From positions 25,236,001 through 25,300,000 of the forward strand of contig OZ249436.1 in NCBI GenBank assembly GCA_965235115.1: a DNA stretch of 64,000 nucleotides. The letters run 5' to 3'. The notes under the pieces are model-generated. The model was not told the DNA's origin and made no database searches. It saw nothing but the letters and a program-made list of their open reading frames with translations. This DNA is from Laetmonice hystrix. Its lineage: Eukaryota. Of the stretch, positions 41,001 through 56,000 are shown piece after piece. Positions within the stretch are counted from its first letter, which is position 1; each line of letters starts with the position of its first letter. The translations under genes and the position numbers were made by a program.

Positions 41001-44000
41001 TTTCAATATGCGTTAACATTTGTGACCAGCTCAACGCGCCTTGTAAAATTTTTCAAAGTGCGTAAAAGTGTGTGTCCACCCCGTCACGCTTTCCAAACCA
41101 CTATACCCACCGAGCGACATCCACTCAAATACAGGCTTCGACCGATCCTCACTGTGCCAATAATCCGCCACAAGGCAAATTCAGTCAATGCAAGCTGGAA
41201 AATCGAATGTCAAACCTAATGCTCCCCCCCCAGCACGTTAACTGAAAATAATCAACTAGCTTGAAAACTAGAATATAGCTTTGTTTAGCTAACAATCTAC
41301 TCTCCCAGCGCCATCAACTCGCATACAGGCGTAAAAGCAAACGCACTGCCCCATATAATGCTCCCAGCCTAAAACGATGTTGCAATTAATTTAAAATTAA
41401 CAAGATGCACTAGTAATCCGATCCAAGCCTAATTACGTCATTGCTAGTTTCATAACCAAATCTCACAGAAAATACCCCACCCGCGCACATAACCTGAAAA
41501 TATTCAACTTTTATCTCCAATGTATCCCTGTGCACCTAGTAGCACCCAAGCGGGCCCAATTTTGACATTCCAACACAAATACCGCAAATACCCGCCTAAT
41601 GGCACAAAAAACTTTCTACCCCGTTGCAAGTCACATTAGCTTGCTGCTTGTCGTAAAAAATGGTGCAGACCATTTCTAAAGTCACAGTACCCCACTCCCG
41701 GCCTAATATTACGTTTCAGTATCCATATACGCTGCAAGCGGCAGGAACTCGAATACAGGCCTAAAAGTAACCCCAGTCTAGCAATATCATACTCTCATGC
41801 CATATACGAGCTTGTAATTATCTTTAATTAATGGGCTCCGCAGCACCAACCCACTGCATTAACATTTGTTTAACAGCTTAACGCACCTTGTAAAAAATTT
41901 TCAAGTGCGTAAAAATGCGTGTCCACCTCCACATACTTTAAAAATCACTATACCCACCCAGCGACATTCACTCTAATACACGCCTAAGAGGAACTTCACT
42001 GTCCCATTTGATCCTCCAGCACGTATAGGATGTTTCAAGTAACATTTATCCACGGTCTGGCCCAATAACGTGCAACAAGGCATAGTAAGTCAATGCGACC
42101 TCGCATGTCAAACCTAACCCGCCCCCCAGCACATGAGGTGGAGATATTCAAATAGCTTGAAAACTAGAATATAGCTTTGCTTAATACCATTATACCATCA
42201 ACTCGCATTACAGGCCTAATGCGAAGCTCCCAGCCTAAAACGAGTTTCCAATTAATTTAAAGTTAACAAGATGCACTAATAATCGATTCCAAGCCTAATT
42301 AGGCCATTGCTAGTTGGATAACCAAATCTCATACAAAATACACCCTCCCGGCAGATGACCTGAGAATATTCAACTCTTATGTCCGATATATCCCTGTCCG
42401 CTTAGTAGCACCCAGCCGGGCCCCCATTTTGACATTGCAACACCAATACAGCAAGTGCCCAGCTAACAGCACAAATAACAGGATTCAGGGCTTCCTACCA
42501 CGTTACAAGTCACAATAGATTGCTGCCTGTCGTAAAAATATACCAGACCATTTTAAAAAGTCACAGGACCCCAATCCGGCCCTAATATGTCACTCCCAGT
42601 ACCAATACACGCTGGAAGCACCATCAACTGAAATTCAGGCCTAGAACCCACCTCTCTCTACCAATATCATGCACCTAGTCCGTATACGAGGTTGTAATTT
42701 ACTTTAATCAACGGGCTGCGCCGCAGCAACCCACTCTGGTCTTTGCAATCTTTTTCAATATGCGTTAACATTTGTAACCAGCTCAACGCGCCTTGTAAAA
42801 TTTTTCAAAGTGCGTAAAAGTGTGTGTCCACCCCGACACGCTTTCCAAACCACTATACCCACCGAGCGACATCCACTCAAATACAGGCTTCGACCGATCC
42901 TCACTGTGCCAATAATCCGCCACAAGGCAAATTCAGTCAATGCAAGCTGGAAAATCGAATGTCAAACCTAATGCTCCCCCCCCAGCACGTTAACTGAAAA
43001 TAATCAACTAGCTTGAAAACTAGAATATAGCTTTGTTAAGCTAACAATCTACTCTCCCAGCGCCATCAACTCGCCTACAGGCGTAAAAGCAAACGCACTG
43101 CCCCATATAATGCTCCCAGCCTAAAACGATGTTGCAATTAATTTAAAATTAACAAGATGCACTAGTAATCCGATCCAAGCCTAATTACGTCATTGCTAGT
43201 TTCATAACCAAATCTTACAGAAAATACCCCACCCGCGCACATAACCTGAAAATATTCAACTTTTATCTCCAATGTATCCCTGTGCACCTAGTAGCACCCA
43301 AGCGGGCCCAATTTTGACATTCCAACACAAATACCGCAAATACCCGCCTAATGGCACAAAAAACTTTCTACCCCGTTGCAAGTCACATTAGCTTGCTGCT
43401 TGTCGTAAAAAATGGTGCAGACCATTTCTAAAGTCACAGTACCCCACTCCCGGCCTAATATTACGTTTCAGTATCCATATACGCTGCAAGCGGCAGGAAC
43501 TCGAATACAGGCCTAAAAGTAACCCCAGTCTAGCAATATCATACTCTCATGCCATATACGAGCTTGTAATTATCTTTAATTAATGGGCTCCGCAGCACCA
43601 ACCCACTGCATTAACATTTGTTTAACAGCTTAACGCACCTTGTAAAAAATTTTATAGTGCGTAAAAATGCGTGTCCACCTCCACATACTTTAAAAATCAC
43701 TATACCCACCCAGCGACATTCACTCTAATACACGCCTAAGAGGAACTTCACTGTCCCATTTGATTCTCCAGCACGTATAGGATGTTTCAAGTAACATTCA
43801 TCCACGGTCTGGCCCAATAACGTGCAACAAGGCATAGTAAGTCAATGCGAGCTCGCATGTCAAACCTAACCCGCCCCCCAGCACATGAGCTGAAAATATT
43901 CAAATAGCTTGAAAACTAGAATATAGCTTTGCTTAATACCATTATACCATCAACTCGCATTACAGGCCTAATGCGAAGCTCCCAGCCTAAAACGAGTTTC

Positions 44001-47000
44001 CAATTAATTTAAAGTTAACAAGATGCACTAATAATCGATTCCAAGCCTAATTAGGCCATTGCTAGTTGGATAACCAAATCTCATACAAAATACACCCTCC
44101 CGGCAGATGACCTGAGAATATTCAACTCTTATGTCCGATATATCCCTGTCCGCTTAGTAGCACCCAGCCGGGCCCCCATTTTGACATTGCAACACCAATA
44201 CAGCAAGTGCCCAGCTAACAGCACAAATAACAGGATTCAGGGCTTCCTACCACGTTACAAGTCACAATAGATTGCTGCCTGTCGTAAAAATATACCAGAC
44301 CATTTTAAAAAGTCACAGGACCCCAATCCGGCCCTAATATGTCACTCCCAGTACCAATACACGCTGGAAGCACCATCAACTGAAATTCAGGCCTAGAACC
44401 CACCTCTCTCTACCAATATCATGCACCTAGTCCGTATACGAGGTTGTAATTTACTTTAATCAACGGGCTGCGCCGCAGCAACCCACTCTGGTCTTTGCAA
44501 TCTTTTTCAATATGCGTTAACATTTGTAACCAGCTCAACGCGCCTTGTAAAATTTTTCAAAGTGCGTAAAAGTGTGTGTCCACCCCGACACGCTTTCCAA
44601 ACCACTATACCCACCGAGCGACATCCACTCAAATACAGGCTTCGACCGATCCTCACTGTGCCAATAATCCGCCACAAGGCAAATTCAGTCAATGCAAGCT
44701 GGAAAATCGAATGTCAAACCTAATGCTCCCCCCCCCCCCAGCACGTTAACTGAAAATAATCAACTAGCTTGAAAACTAGAATATAGCTTTGTTAAGCTAA
44801 CAATCTACTCTCCCAGCGCCATCAACTCGCCTACAGGCGTAAAAGCAAACGCACTGCCCCATATAATGCTCCCAGCCTAAAACGATGTTGCAATTAATTT
44901 AAAATTAACAAGATGCACTAGTAATCCGATCCAAGCCTAATTACGTCATTGCTAGTTTCATAACCAAATCTTACAGAAAATACCCCACCCGCGCACATAA
45001 CCTGAAAATATTCAACTTTTATCTCCAATGTATCCCTGTGCACCTAGTAGCACCCAAGCGGGCCCAATTTTGACATTCCAACACAAATACCGCAAATACC
45101 CGCCTAATGGCACAAAAAACTTTCTACCCCGTTGCAAGTCACATTAGCTTGCTGCTTGTCGTAAAAAATGGTGCAGACCATTTCTAAAGTCACAGTACCC
45201 CACTCCCGGCCTAATATTACGTTTCAGTATCCATATACGCTGCAAGCGGCAGGAACTCGAATACAGGCCTAAAAGTAACCCCAGTCTAGCAATATCATAC
45301 TCTCATGCCATATACGAGCTTGTAATTATCTTTAATTAATGGGCTCCGCAGCACCAACCCACTGCATTAACATTTGTTTAACAGCTTAACGCACCTTGTA
45401 AAAAATTTTATAGTGCGTAAAAATGCGTGTCCACCTCCACATACTTTAAAAATCACTATACCCACCCAGCGACATTCACTCTAATACACGCCTAAGAGGA
45501 ACTTCACTGTCCCATTTGATTCTCCAGCACGTATAGGATGTTTCAAGTAACATTCATCCACGGTCTGGCCCAATAACGTGCAACAAGGCATAGTAAGTCA
45601 ATGCGAGCTCGCATGTCAAACCTAACCCGCCCCCCAGCACATGAGCTGAAAATATTCAAATAGCTTGAAAACTAGAATATAGCTTTGCTTAATACCATTA
45701 TACCATCAACTCGCATTACAGGCCTAATGCGAAGCTCCCAGCCTAAAACGAGTTTCCAATTAATTTAAAGTTAACAAGATGCACTAATAATCGATTCCAA
45801 GCCTAATTAGGCCATTGCTAGTTGGATAACCAAATCTCATACAAAATACACCCTCCCGGCAGATGACCTGAGAATATTCAACTCTTATGTCCGATATATC
45901 CCTGTCCGCTTAGTAGCACCCAGCCGGGCCCCCATTTTGACATTGCAACACCAATACAGCAAGTGCCCAGCTAACAGCACAAATAACAGGATTCAGGGCT
46001 TCCTACCACGTTACAAGTCACAATAGATTGCTGCCTGTCGTAAAAATATACCAGACCATTTTAAAAAGTCACAGGACCCCAATCCGGCCCTAATATGTCA
46101 CTCCCAGTACCAATACACGGTGGAAGCACCATCAACTGAAATTCAGGCCTAGAACCCACCTCTCTCTACCAATATCATGCACCTAGTCCGTATACGAGGT
46201 TGTAATTTACTTTAATCAACGGGCTGCGCAGCAGCAACCCACTCTGGTCTTTGCAATCTTTTTCAATATGCGTTAACATTTGTAACCAGCTCAACGCGCC
46301 TTGTAAAATTTTTCAAAGTGCGTAAAAGTGTGTGTCCACCCCGACACGCTTTCCAAACCACTATACCCACCGAGCGACATCCACTCAAATACAGGCTTCG
46401 ACCGATCCTCACTGTGCCAATAATCCGCCACAAGGCAAATTCAGTCAATGCAAGCTGGAAAATCGAATGTCAAACCTAATGCTCCCCCCCAGCACGTTAA
46501 CTGAAAATAATCAACTAGCTTGAAAACTAGAATATAGCTTTGTTAAGCTAACAATCTACTCTCCCAGCGCCATCAACTCGCCTACAGGCGTAAAAGCAAA
46601 CGCACTGCCCCATATAATGCTCCCAGCCTAAAACGATGTTGCAATTAATTTAAAATTAACAAGATGCACTAGTAATCCGATCCAAGCCTAATTACGTCAT
46701 TGCTAGTTTCATAACCAAATCTTACAGAAAATACCCCACCCGCGCACATAACCTGAAAATATTCAACTTTTATCTCCAATGTATCCCTGTGCACCTAGTA
46801 GCACCCAAGCGGGCCCAATTTTGACATTCCAACACAAATACCGCAAATACCCGCCTAATGGCACAAAAAACTTTCTACCCCGTTGCAAGTCACATTAGCT
46901 TGCTGCTTGTCGTAAAAAATGGTGCAGACCATTTCTAAAGTCACAGTACCCCACTCCCGGCCTAATATTACGTTTCAGTATCCATATACGCTGCAAGCGG

Positions 47001-50000
47001 CAGGAACTCGAATACAGGCCTAAAAGTAACCCCAGTCTAGCAATATCATACTCTCATGCCATATACGAGCTTGTAATTATCTTTAATTAATGGGCTCCGC
47101 AGCACCAACCCACTGCATTAACATTTGTTTAACAGCTTAACGCACCTTGTAAAAAAATTTATAGTGCGTAAAAATGCGTGTCCACCTCCACATACTTTAA
47201 AAATCACTATACCCACCCAGCGACATTCACTCTAATACACGCCTAAGAGGAACTTCACTGTCCCATTTGATTCTCCAGCACGTATAGGATGTTTCAAGTA
47301 ACATTTATCCACGGTCTGGCCCAATAACGTGCAACAAGGCATAGTAAGTCAATGCGACCTCGCATGTCAAACCTAACCCGCCCCCCAGCACATGAGGTGG
47401 AGATATTCAAATAGCTTGAAAACTAGAATATAGCTTTGCTTAATACCATTATACCATCAACTCGCATTACAGGCCTAATGCGAAGCTCCCAGCCTAAAAC
47501 GAGTTTCCAATTAATTTAAAGTTAACAAGATGCACTAATAATCGATTCCAAGCCTAATTAGGCCATTGCTAGTTGGATAACCAAATCTCATACAAAATAC
47601 ACCCTCCCGGCAGATGACCTGAGAATATTCAACTCTTATGTCCGATATATCCCTGTCCGCTTAGTAGCACCCAGCCGGGCCCCCATTTTGACATTGCAAC
47701 ACCAATACAGCAAGTGCCCAGCTAACAGCACAAATAACAGGATTCAGGGCTTCCTACCACGTTACAAGTCACAATAGATTGCTGCCTGTCGTAAAAATAT
47801 ACCAGACCATTTTAAAAAGTCACAGGACCCCAATCCGGCCCTAATATGTCACTCCCAGTACCAATACACGCTGGAAGCACCATCAACTGAAATTCAGGCC
47901 TAGAACCCACCTCTCTCTACCAATATCATGCACCTAGTCCGTATACGAGGTTGTAATTTACTTTAATCAACGGGCTGCGCCGCAGCAACCCACTCTGGTC
48001 TTTGCAATCTTTTTCAATATGCGTTAACATTTGTAACCAGCTCAACGCGCCTTGTAAAATTTTTCAAAGTGCGTAAAAGTGTGTGTCCACCCCGACACGC
48101 TTTCCAAACCACTATACCCACCGAGCGACATCCACTCAAATACAGGCTTCGACCGATCCTCACTGTGCCAATAATCCGCCACAAGGCAAATTCAGTCAAT
48201 GCAAGCTGGAAAATCGAATGTCAAACCTAATGCTCCCCCCCCAGCACGTTAACTGAAAATAATCAACTAGCTTGAAAACTAGAATATAGCTTTGTTAAGC
48301 TAACAATCTACTCTCCCAGCGCCATCAACTCGCCTACAGGCGTAAAAGCAAACGCACTGCCCCATATAATGCTCCCAGCCTAAAACGATGTTGCAATTAA
48401 TTTAAAATTAACAAGATGCACTAGTAATCCGATCCAAGCCTAATTACGTCATTGCTAGTTTCATAACCAAATCTTACAGAAAATACCCCACCCGCGCACA
48501 TAACCTGAAAATATTCAACTTTTATCTCCAATGTATCCCTGTGCACCTAGTAGCACCCAAGCGGGCCCAATTTTGACATTCCAACACAAATACCGCAAAT
48601 ACCCGCCTAATGGCACAAAAAACTTTCTACCCCGTTGCAAGTCACATTAGCTTGCTGCTTGTCGTAAAAAATGGTGCAGACCATTTCTAAAGTCACAGTA
48701 CCCCACTCCCGGCCTAATATTACGTTTCAGTATCCATATACGCTGCAAGCGGCAGGAACTCGAATACAGGCCTAAAAGTAACCCCAGTCTAGCAATATCA
48801 TACTCTCATGCCATATACGAGCTTGTAATTATCTTTAATTAATGGGCTCCGCAGCACCAACCCACTGCATTAACATTTGTTTAACAGCTTAACGCACCTT
48901 GTAAAAAAATTTATAGTGCGTAAAAATGCGTGTCCACCTCCACATACTTTAAAAATCACTATACCCACCCAGCGACATTCACTCTAATACACGCCTAAGA
49001 GGAACTTCACTGTCCCATTTGATTCTCCAGCACGTATAGGATGTTTCAAGTAACATTCATCCACGGTCTGGCCCAATAACGTGCAACAAGGCATAGTAAG
49101 TCAATGCGAGCTCGCATGTCAAACCTAACCCGCCCCCCAGCACATGAGCTGAAAATATTCAAATAGCTTGAAAACTAGAATATAGCTTTGCTTAATACCA
49201 TTATACCATCAACTCGCATTACAGGCCTAATGCGAAGCTCCCAGCCTAAAACGAGTTTCCAATTAATTTAAAGTTAACAAGATGCACTAATAATCGATTC
49301 CAAGCCTAATTAGGCCATTGCTAGTTGGATAACCAAATCTCATACAAAATACACCCTCCCGGCAGATGACCTGAGAATATTCAACTCTTATGTCCGATAT
49401 ATCCCTGTCCGCTTAGTAGCACCCAGCCGGGCCCCCATTTTGACATTGCAACACCAATACAGCAAGTGCCCAGCTAACAGCACAAATAACAGGATTCAGG
49501 GCTTCCTACCACGTTACAAGTCACAATAGATTGCTGCCTGTCGTAAAAATATACCAGACCATTTTAAAAAGTCACAGGACCCCAATCCGGCCCTAATATG
49601 TCACTCCCAGTACCAATACACGGTGGAAGCACCATCAACTGAAATTCAGGCCTAGAACCCACCTCTCTCTACCAATATCATGCACCTAGTCCGTATACGA
49701 GGTTGTAATTTACTTTAATCAACGGGCTGCGCAGCAGCAACCCACTCTGGTCTTTGCAATCTTTTTCAATATGCGTTAACATTTGTAACCAGCTCAACGC
49801 GCCTTGTAAAATTTTTCAAAGTGCGTAAAAGTGTGTGTCCACCCCGACACGCTTTCCAAACCACTATACCCACCGAGCGACATCCACTCAAATACAGGCT
49901 TCGACCGATCCTCACTGTGCCAATAATCCGCCACAAGGCAAATTCAGTCAATGCAAGCTGGAAAATCGAATGTCAAACCTAATGCTCCCCCCCAGCACGT

Positions 50001-53000
50001 TAACTGAAAATAATCAACTAGCTTGAAAACTAGAATATAGCTTTGTTAAGCTAACAATCTACTCTCCCAGCGCCATCAACTCGCATACAGGCGTAAAAGC
50101 AAACGCACTGCCCCATATAATGCTCCCAGCCTAAAACGATGTTGCAATTAATTTAAAATTAACAAGATGCACTAGTAATCCGATCCAAGCTTAATTACGT
50201 CATTGCTAGTTTCATAACCAAATCTCACAGAAAATACCCCACCCGGGCACATAACCTGAAAATATTCAACTTTTATCTCCAATGTATCCCTGTGCACCTA
50301 GTAGCACCCAAGCGGGCCCAATTTTGACATCCCAACACAAATACCGCAAATACCCGCCTAATGGCACAAAAAACTTTCTACCCCGTTGCAAGTCACATTA
50401 GCGTGCTGCTTGTCGTAAAAAATGGTGCAGACCATTTCTAAAGTCACAGTACCCCACTCCCGGCCTAATATTACGTTTCAGTATCCATATACGCTGCAAG
50501 CGGCAGGAACTCGAATACAGGCCTAAAAGTAACCTCAGTCTAGCAATATCATACTCCCATGCCATATACGAGCTTGTAATTATCTTTAATTAATGGGCTC
50601 CGCAGCACCAACCCACTGCATTAACATTTGTTTAACAGCTTAACGCACCTTGTAAAAAATTTTCAAGTGCGTAAAAATGCGTGTCCACCTCCACATACTT
50701 TAAAAATCACTATACCCACCCAGCGACATTCACTCTAATACACGCCTAAGAGGAACTTCACTGTCCCATTTGATTCTCCAGCACGTATAGGATGTTTCAA
50801 GTAACATTCATCCACGGTCTGGCCCAATAACGTGCAACAAGGCATAGTAAGTCAATGCGAGCTCGCATGTCAAACCTAACCCGCCCCCCAGCACATGAGC
50901 TGAAAATATTCAAATAGCTTGAAAACTAGAATATAGCTTTGCTTAATACCATTATACCATCAACTCGCATTACAGGCCTAATGCGAAGCTCCCAGCCTAA
51001 AACGAGTTTCCAATTAATTTAAAGTTAACAAGATGCACTAATAATCGATTCCAAGCCTAATTAGGCCATTGCTAGTTGGATAACCAAATCTCATACAAAA
51101 TACACCCTCCCGGCAGATGACCTGAGAATATTCAACTCTTATGTCCGATATATCCCTGTCCGCTTAGTAGCACCCAGCCGGGCCCCCATTTTGACATTGC
51201 AACACCAATACAGCAAGTGCCCAGCTAACAGCACAAATAACAGGATTCAGGGCTTCCTACCACGTTACAATAGATTGCTGCCTGTCGTAAAAATATACCA
51301 GACCATTTTAAAAAGTCACAGAACCCCAATCCGGCCCTAATATGTCACTCCCAGTACCAATAGACGCTGGAAGCACCATCAACTGAAATTCAGGCCTAGA
51401 ACCCACCTCTCTCTACCAATATCATGCACCTAGTCCTTTTACGAGGTTGTAATTTACTTTAATCAACGGGCTGCGCCGCAGCAACCCACTCTGGTCTTTG
51501 CAATCTTTTTCAATATGCGTTAACATTTGTGACCAGCTCAACGCGCCTTGTAAAATTTTTCAAAGTGCGTAAAAGTGTGTGTCCACCCCGACACGCTTTC
51601 CAAACCACTATACCCACCGAGCGACATCCACTCAAATACAGGCTTCGACCGATCCTCACTGTGCCAATAATCCGCCACAAGGCAAATTCAGTCAATGCAA
51701 GCTGGAAAATCGAATGTCAAACCTAATGCTCCCCCCCCCCAGCACGTTAACTGAAAATAATCAACTAGCTTGAAAACTAGAATATAGCTTTGTTTAGCTA
51801 ACAATCTACTCTCCCAGCGCCATCAACTCGCATACAGGCGTAAAAGCAAACGCACTGCCCCATATAATGCTCCCAGCCTAAAACGATGTTGCAATTAATT
51901 TAAAATTAACAAGATGCACTAGTAATCCGATCCAAGCCTAATTACGTCATTGCTAGTTTCATAACCAAATCTCACAGAAAATACCCCACCCGCGCACATA
52001 ACCTAAAAATATTCAACTTTTATCTCCAATGTATCCCTGTGCACCTAGTAGCACCCAAGCGGGCCCAATTTTGACATTCCAACACAAATACCGCAAATAC
52101 CCGCCTAATGGCACAAAAAACTTTCTACCCCGTTGCAAGTCACATTAGCTTGCTGCTTGTCGTAAAAAATGGTGCAGACCATTTCTAAAGTCACAGTACC
52201 CAACTCTCGGCCTAATATTACGTTTCAGTATCCATATACGCTGCAAGCGGCAAGAACTCGAATACAGGCCTAAAAGTAACCCCAGTCTAGCAATATCATA
52301 CTCTCATGCCATATACGAGCTTGTAATTATCTTTAATTAATGGGCTCCGCAGCACCAACCCACTGCATTAACATTTGTTTAACAGCTTAACGCACCTTGT
52401 AAAAAATTTTCAAGTGCGTAAAAATGCGTGTCCACCTCCACATACTTTAAAAATCACTATACCCACCCAGCGACATTCACTCTAATACACGCCTAAGAGG
52501 AACTTCACTGTCCCATTTGATTCTCCAGCACGTATAGGATGTTTCAAGTAACATTCATCCACGGTCTGGCCCAATAACGTGCAACAAGGCATAGTAAGTC
52601 AATGCGAGCTCGCATGTCAAACCTAACCCGCCCCCCAGCACATGAGCTGAAAATATTCAAATAGCTTGAAAACTAGAATATAGCTTTGCTTAATACCATT
52701 ATACCATCAACTCGCATTACAGGCCTAATGCGAAGCTCCCAGCCTAAAACGAGTTTCCAATTAATTTAAAGTTAACAAGATGCACTAATAATCGATTCCA
52801 AGCCTAATTAGGCCATTGCTAGTTGGATAACCAAATCTCATACAAAATACACCCTCCCGGCAGATGACCTGAGAATATTCAACTCTTATGTCCGATATAT
52901 CCCTGTCCGCTTAGTAGCACCCAGCCGGGCCCCCATTTTGACATTGCAACACCAATACAGCAAGTGCCCAGCTAACAGCACAAATAACAGGATTCAGGGC

Positions 53001-56000
53001 TTCCTACCACGTTACAAGTCACAATAGATTGCTGCCTGTCGTAAAAATATACCAGACCATTTTAAAAAGTCACAGAACCCTAATCCGGCCCTAATATGTC
53101 ACTCCCAGTACCAATACACTCTGGAAGCACCATCAACTGAAATTCAGGCCTAGAACCCACCTCTCTCTACCAATATCATGCACCTAGTCCGTATACGAGG
53201 TTGTAATTTACTTTAATCAACGGGCTGCGCCGCAGCAACCCACTCTGGTCTTTGCAATCTTTTTCAATATGCGTGAACATTTGTAACCAGCTCAACGCGC
53301 CTTGTAAAATTTTTCAAAGTGCGTAAAAGTGTGTGTCCACCCCGACACGCTTTCCAAACCACTATACCCACCGAGCGACATCCACTCAAATACAGGCTTC
53401 GACCGATCCTCACTGTGCCAATAATCCGCCACAAGGCAAATTCAGTCAATGCAAGCTGGAAAATCGAATGTCAAACCTAATACTCCCCCCCCCAGCACGT
53501 TAACTGAAAATAATCAACTAGCTTGAAAACTAGAATATAGCTTTGTTTAGCTAACAATCTACTCTCCCAGCGCCATCAACTCGCATACAGGCGTAAAAGC
53601 AAACGCACTGCCCCATATAATGCTCCCAGCCTAAAACGATGTTGCAATTAATTTAAAATTAACAAGATGCACTAGTAATCCGATCCAAGCTTAATTACGT
53701 CATTGCTAGTTTCATAACCAAATCTCACAGAAAATACCCCACCCGGGCACATAACCTGAAAATATTCAACTTTTATCTCCAATGTATCCCTGTGCACCTA
53801 GTAGCACCCAAGCGGGCCCAATTTTGACATCCCAACACAAATACCGCAAATACCCGCCTAATGGCACAAAAAACTTTCTACCCCGTTGCAAGTCACATTA
53901 GCGTGCTGCTTGTCGTAAAAAATGGTGCAGACCATTTCTAAAGTCACAGTACCCCACTCCCGGCCTAATATTACGTTTCAGTATCCATATACGCTGCAAG
54001 CGGCAGGAACTCGAATACAGGCCTAAAAGTAACCTCAGTCTAGCAATATCATACTCCCATGCCATATACGAGCTTGTAATTATCTTTAATTAATGGGCTC
54101 CGCAGCACCAACCCACTGCATTAACATTTGTTTAACAGCTTAACGCACCTTGTAAAAAATTTCAAGTGCGTAAAAATGCGTGTCCACCTCCACATACTTT
54201 AAAAATCACTATTTGATTCTCCAGCACGTATAGGATGTTTCAAGTAACATTTATCCACGGTCTGGCCCAACAACGTGCAACAAGGCATAGTAAGTCAATG
54301 CGAGCTCGCATGTCAAACCTAACCCGCCCCCCAGCACATGAGCTGAAAATATTCAAATAGCTTGAAAACTAGAATATAGCTTTGCTTAATACCATTATAC
54401 CATCAACTCGCATTACAGGCCTAATGCGAAGCTCCCAGCCTAAAACGAGTTTCCAATTAATTTAAAGTTAACAAGATGCACTAATAATCGATTCCAAGCC
54501 TAATTAGGCCATTGCTAGTTGGATAACCAAATCTCATACAAAATACACCCTCCCGGCAGATGACCTGAGAATATTCAACTCTTATGTCCGATATATCCCT
54601 GTCCGCTTAGTAGCACCCAGCCGGGCCCCCATTTTGACATTGCAACACCAATACAGCAAGTGCCCAGCTAACAGCACAAATAACAGGATTCAGGGCTTCC
54701 TACCACGTTACAAGTCACAATAGATTGCTGCCTGTCGTAAAAATATACCAGACCATTTTAAAAAGTCACAGAACCCCAATCCGGCCCTAATATGTCACTC
54801 CCAGTACCAATAGACGCTGGAAGCACCATCAACTGAAATTCAGGCCTAGAACCCACCTCTCTCTACCAATATCATGCACCTAGTCCGTATACGAGGTTGT
54901 AATTTACTTTAATCAACGGGCTGCGCCGCAGCAACCCACTCTGGTCTTTGCAATCTTTTTCAATATGCGTTAACATTTGTGACCAGCTCAACGCGCCTTG
55001 TAAAATTTTTCAAAGTGCGTAAAAGTGTGTGTCCACCCCGACACGCTTTCCAAACCACTATACCCACCGAGCGACATCCACTCAAATACAGGCTTCGACC
55101 GATCCTCACTGTGCCAATAATCCGCCACAAGGCAAATTCAGTCAATGCAAGCTGGAAAATCGAATGTCAAACCTAATGTTCCCCCCCCAGCACGTTAACT
55201 GAAAAAAATCAACTAGCTTGAAAACTAGAATATAGCTTTGTTTAGCTAACAATCTACTCTCCCAGCGCCATCAACTCGCATACAGGCGTAAAAGCAAACG
55301 CACTGCCCCATATAATGCTCCCAGCCTAAAACGATGTTGCAATTAATTTAAAATTAACAAGATGCACTAGTAATCCGATCCAAGCCTAATTACGTCATTG
55401 CTAGTTTCATAACCAAATCTCACAGAAAATACCCCACCCGCGCACATAACCTGAAAATATTCAACTTTTATCTCCAATGTATCCCTGTGCACCTAGTAGC
55501 ACCCAAGCGGGCCCAATTTTGACATTCCAACACAAATACCGCAAATACCCGCCTAATGGCACAAAAAACTTTCTACCCCGTTGCAAGTCACATTAGCTTG
55601 CTGCTTGTCGTAAAAAATGGTGCAGACCATTTCTAAAGTCACAGTACCCCACTCCCGGCCTAATATTACGTTTCAGTATCCATATACGCTGCAAGCGGCA
55701 AGAACTCGAATACAGGCCTAAAAGTAACCCCAGTCTAGCAATATCATACTCTCATGCCATATACGAGCTTGTAATTATCTTTAATTAATGGGCTCCGCAG
55801 CACCAACCCACTGCATTAACATTTGTTTAACAGCTTAACGCACCTTGTAAAAAATTTTCAAGTGCGTAAAAATGCGTGTCCACCTCCACATACTTTAAAA
55901 ATCACTATACCCACCCAGCGACATTCACTCTAATACACGCCTAAGAGGAACTTCACTGTCCCATTTGATTCTCCAGCACGTATAGGATGTTTCAAGTAAC

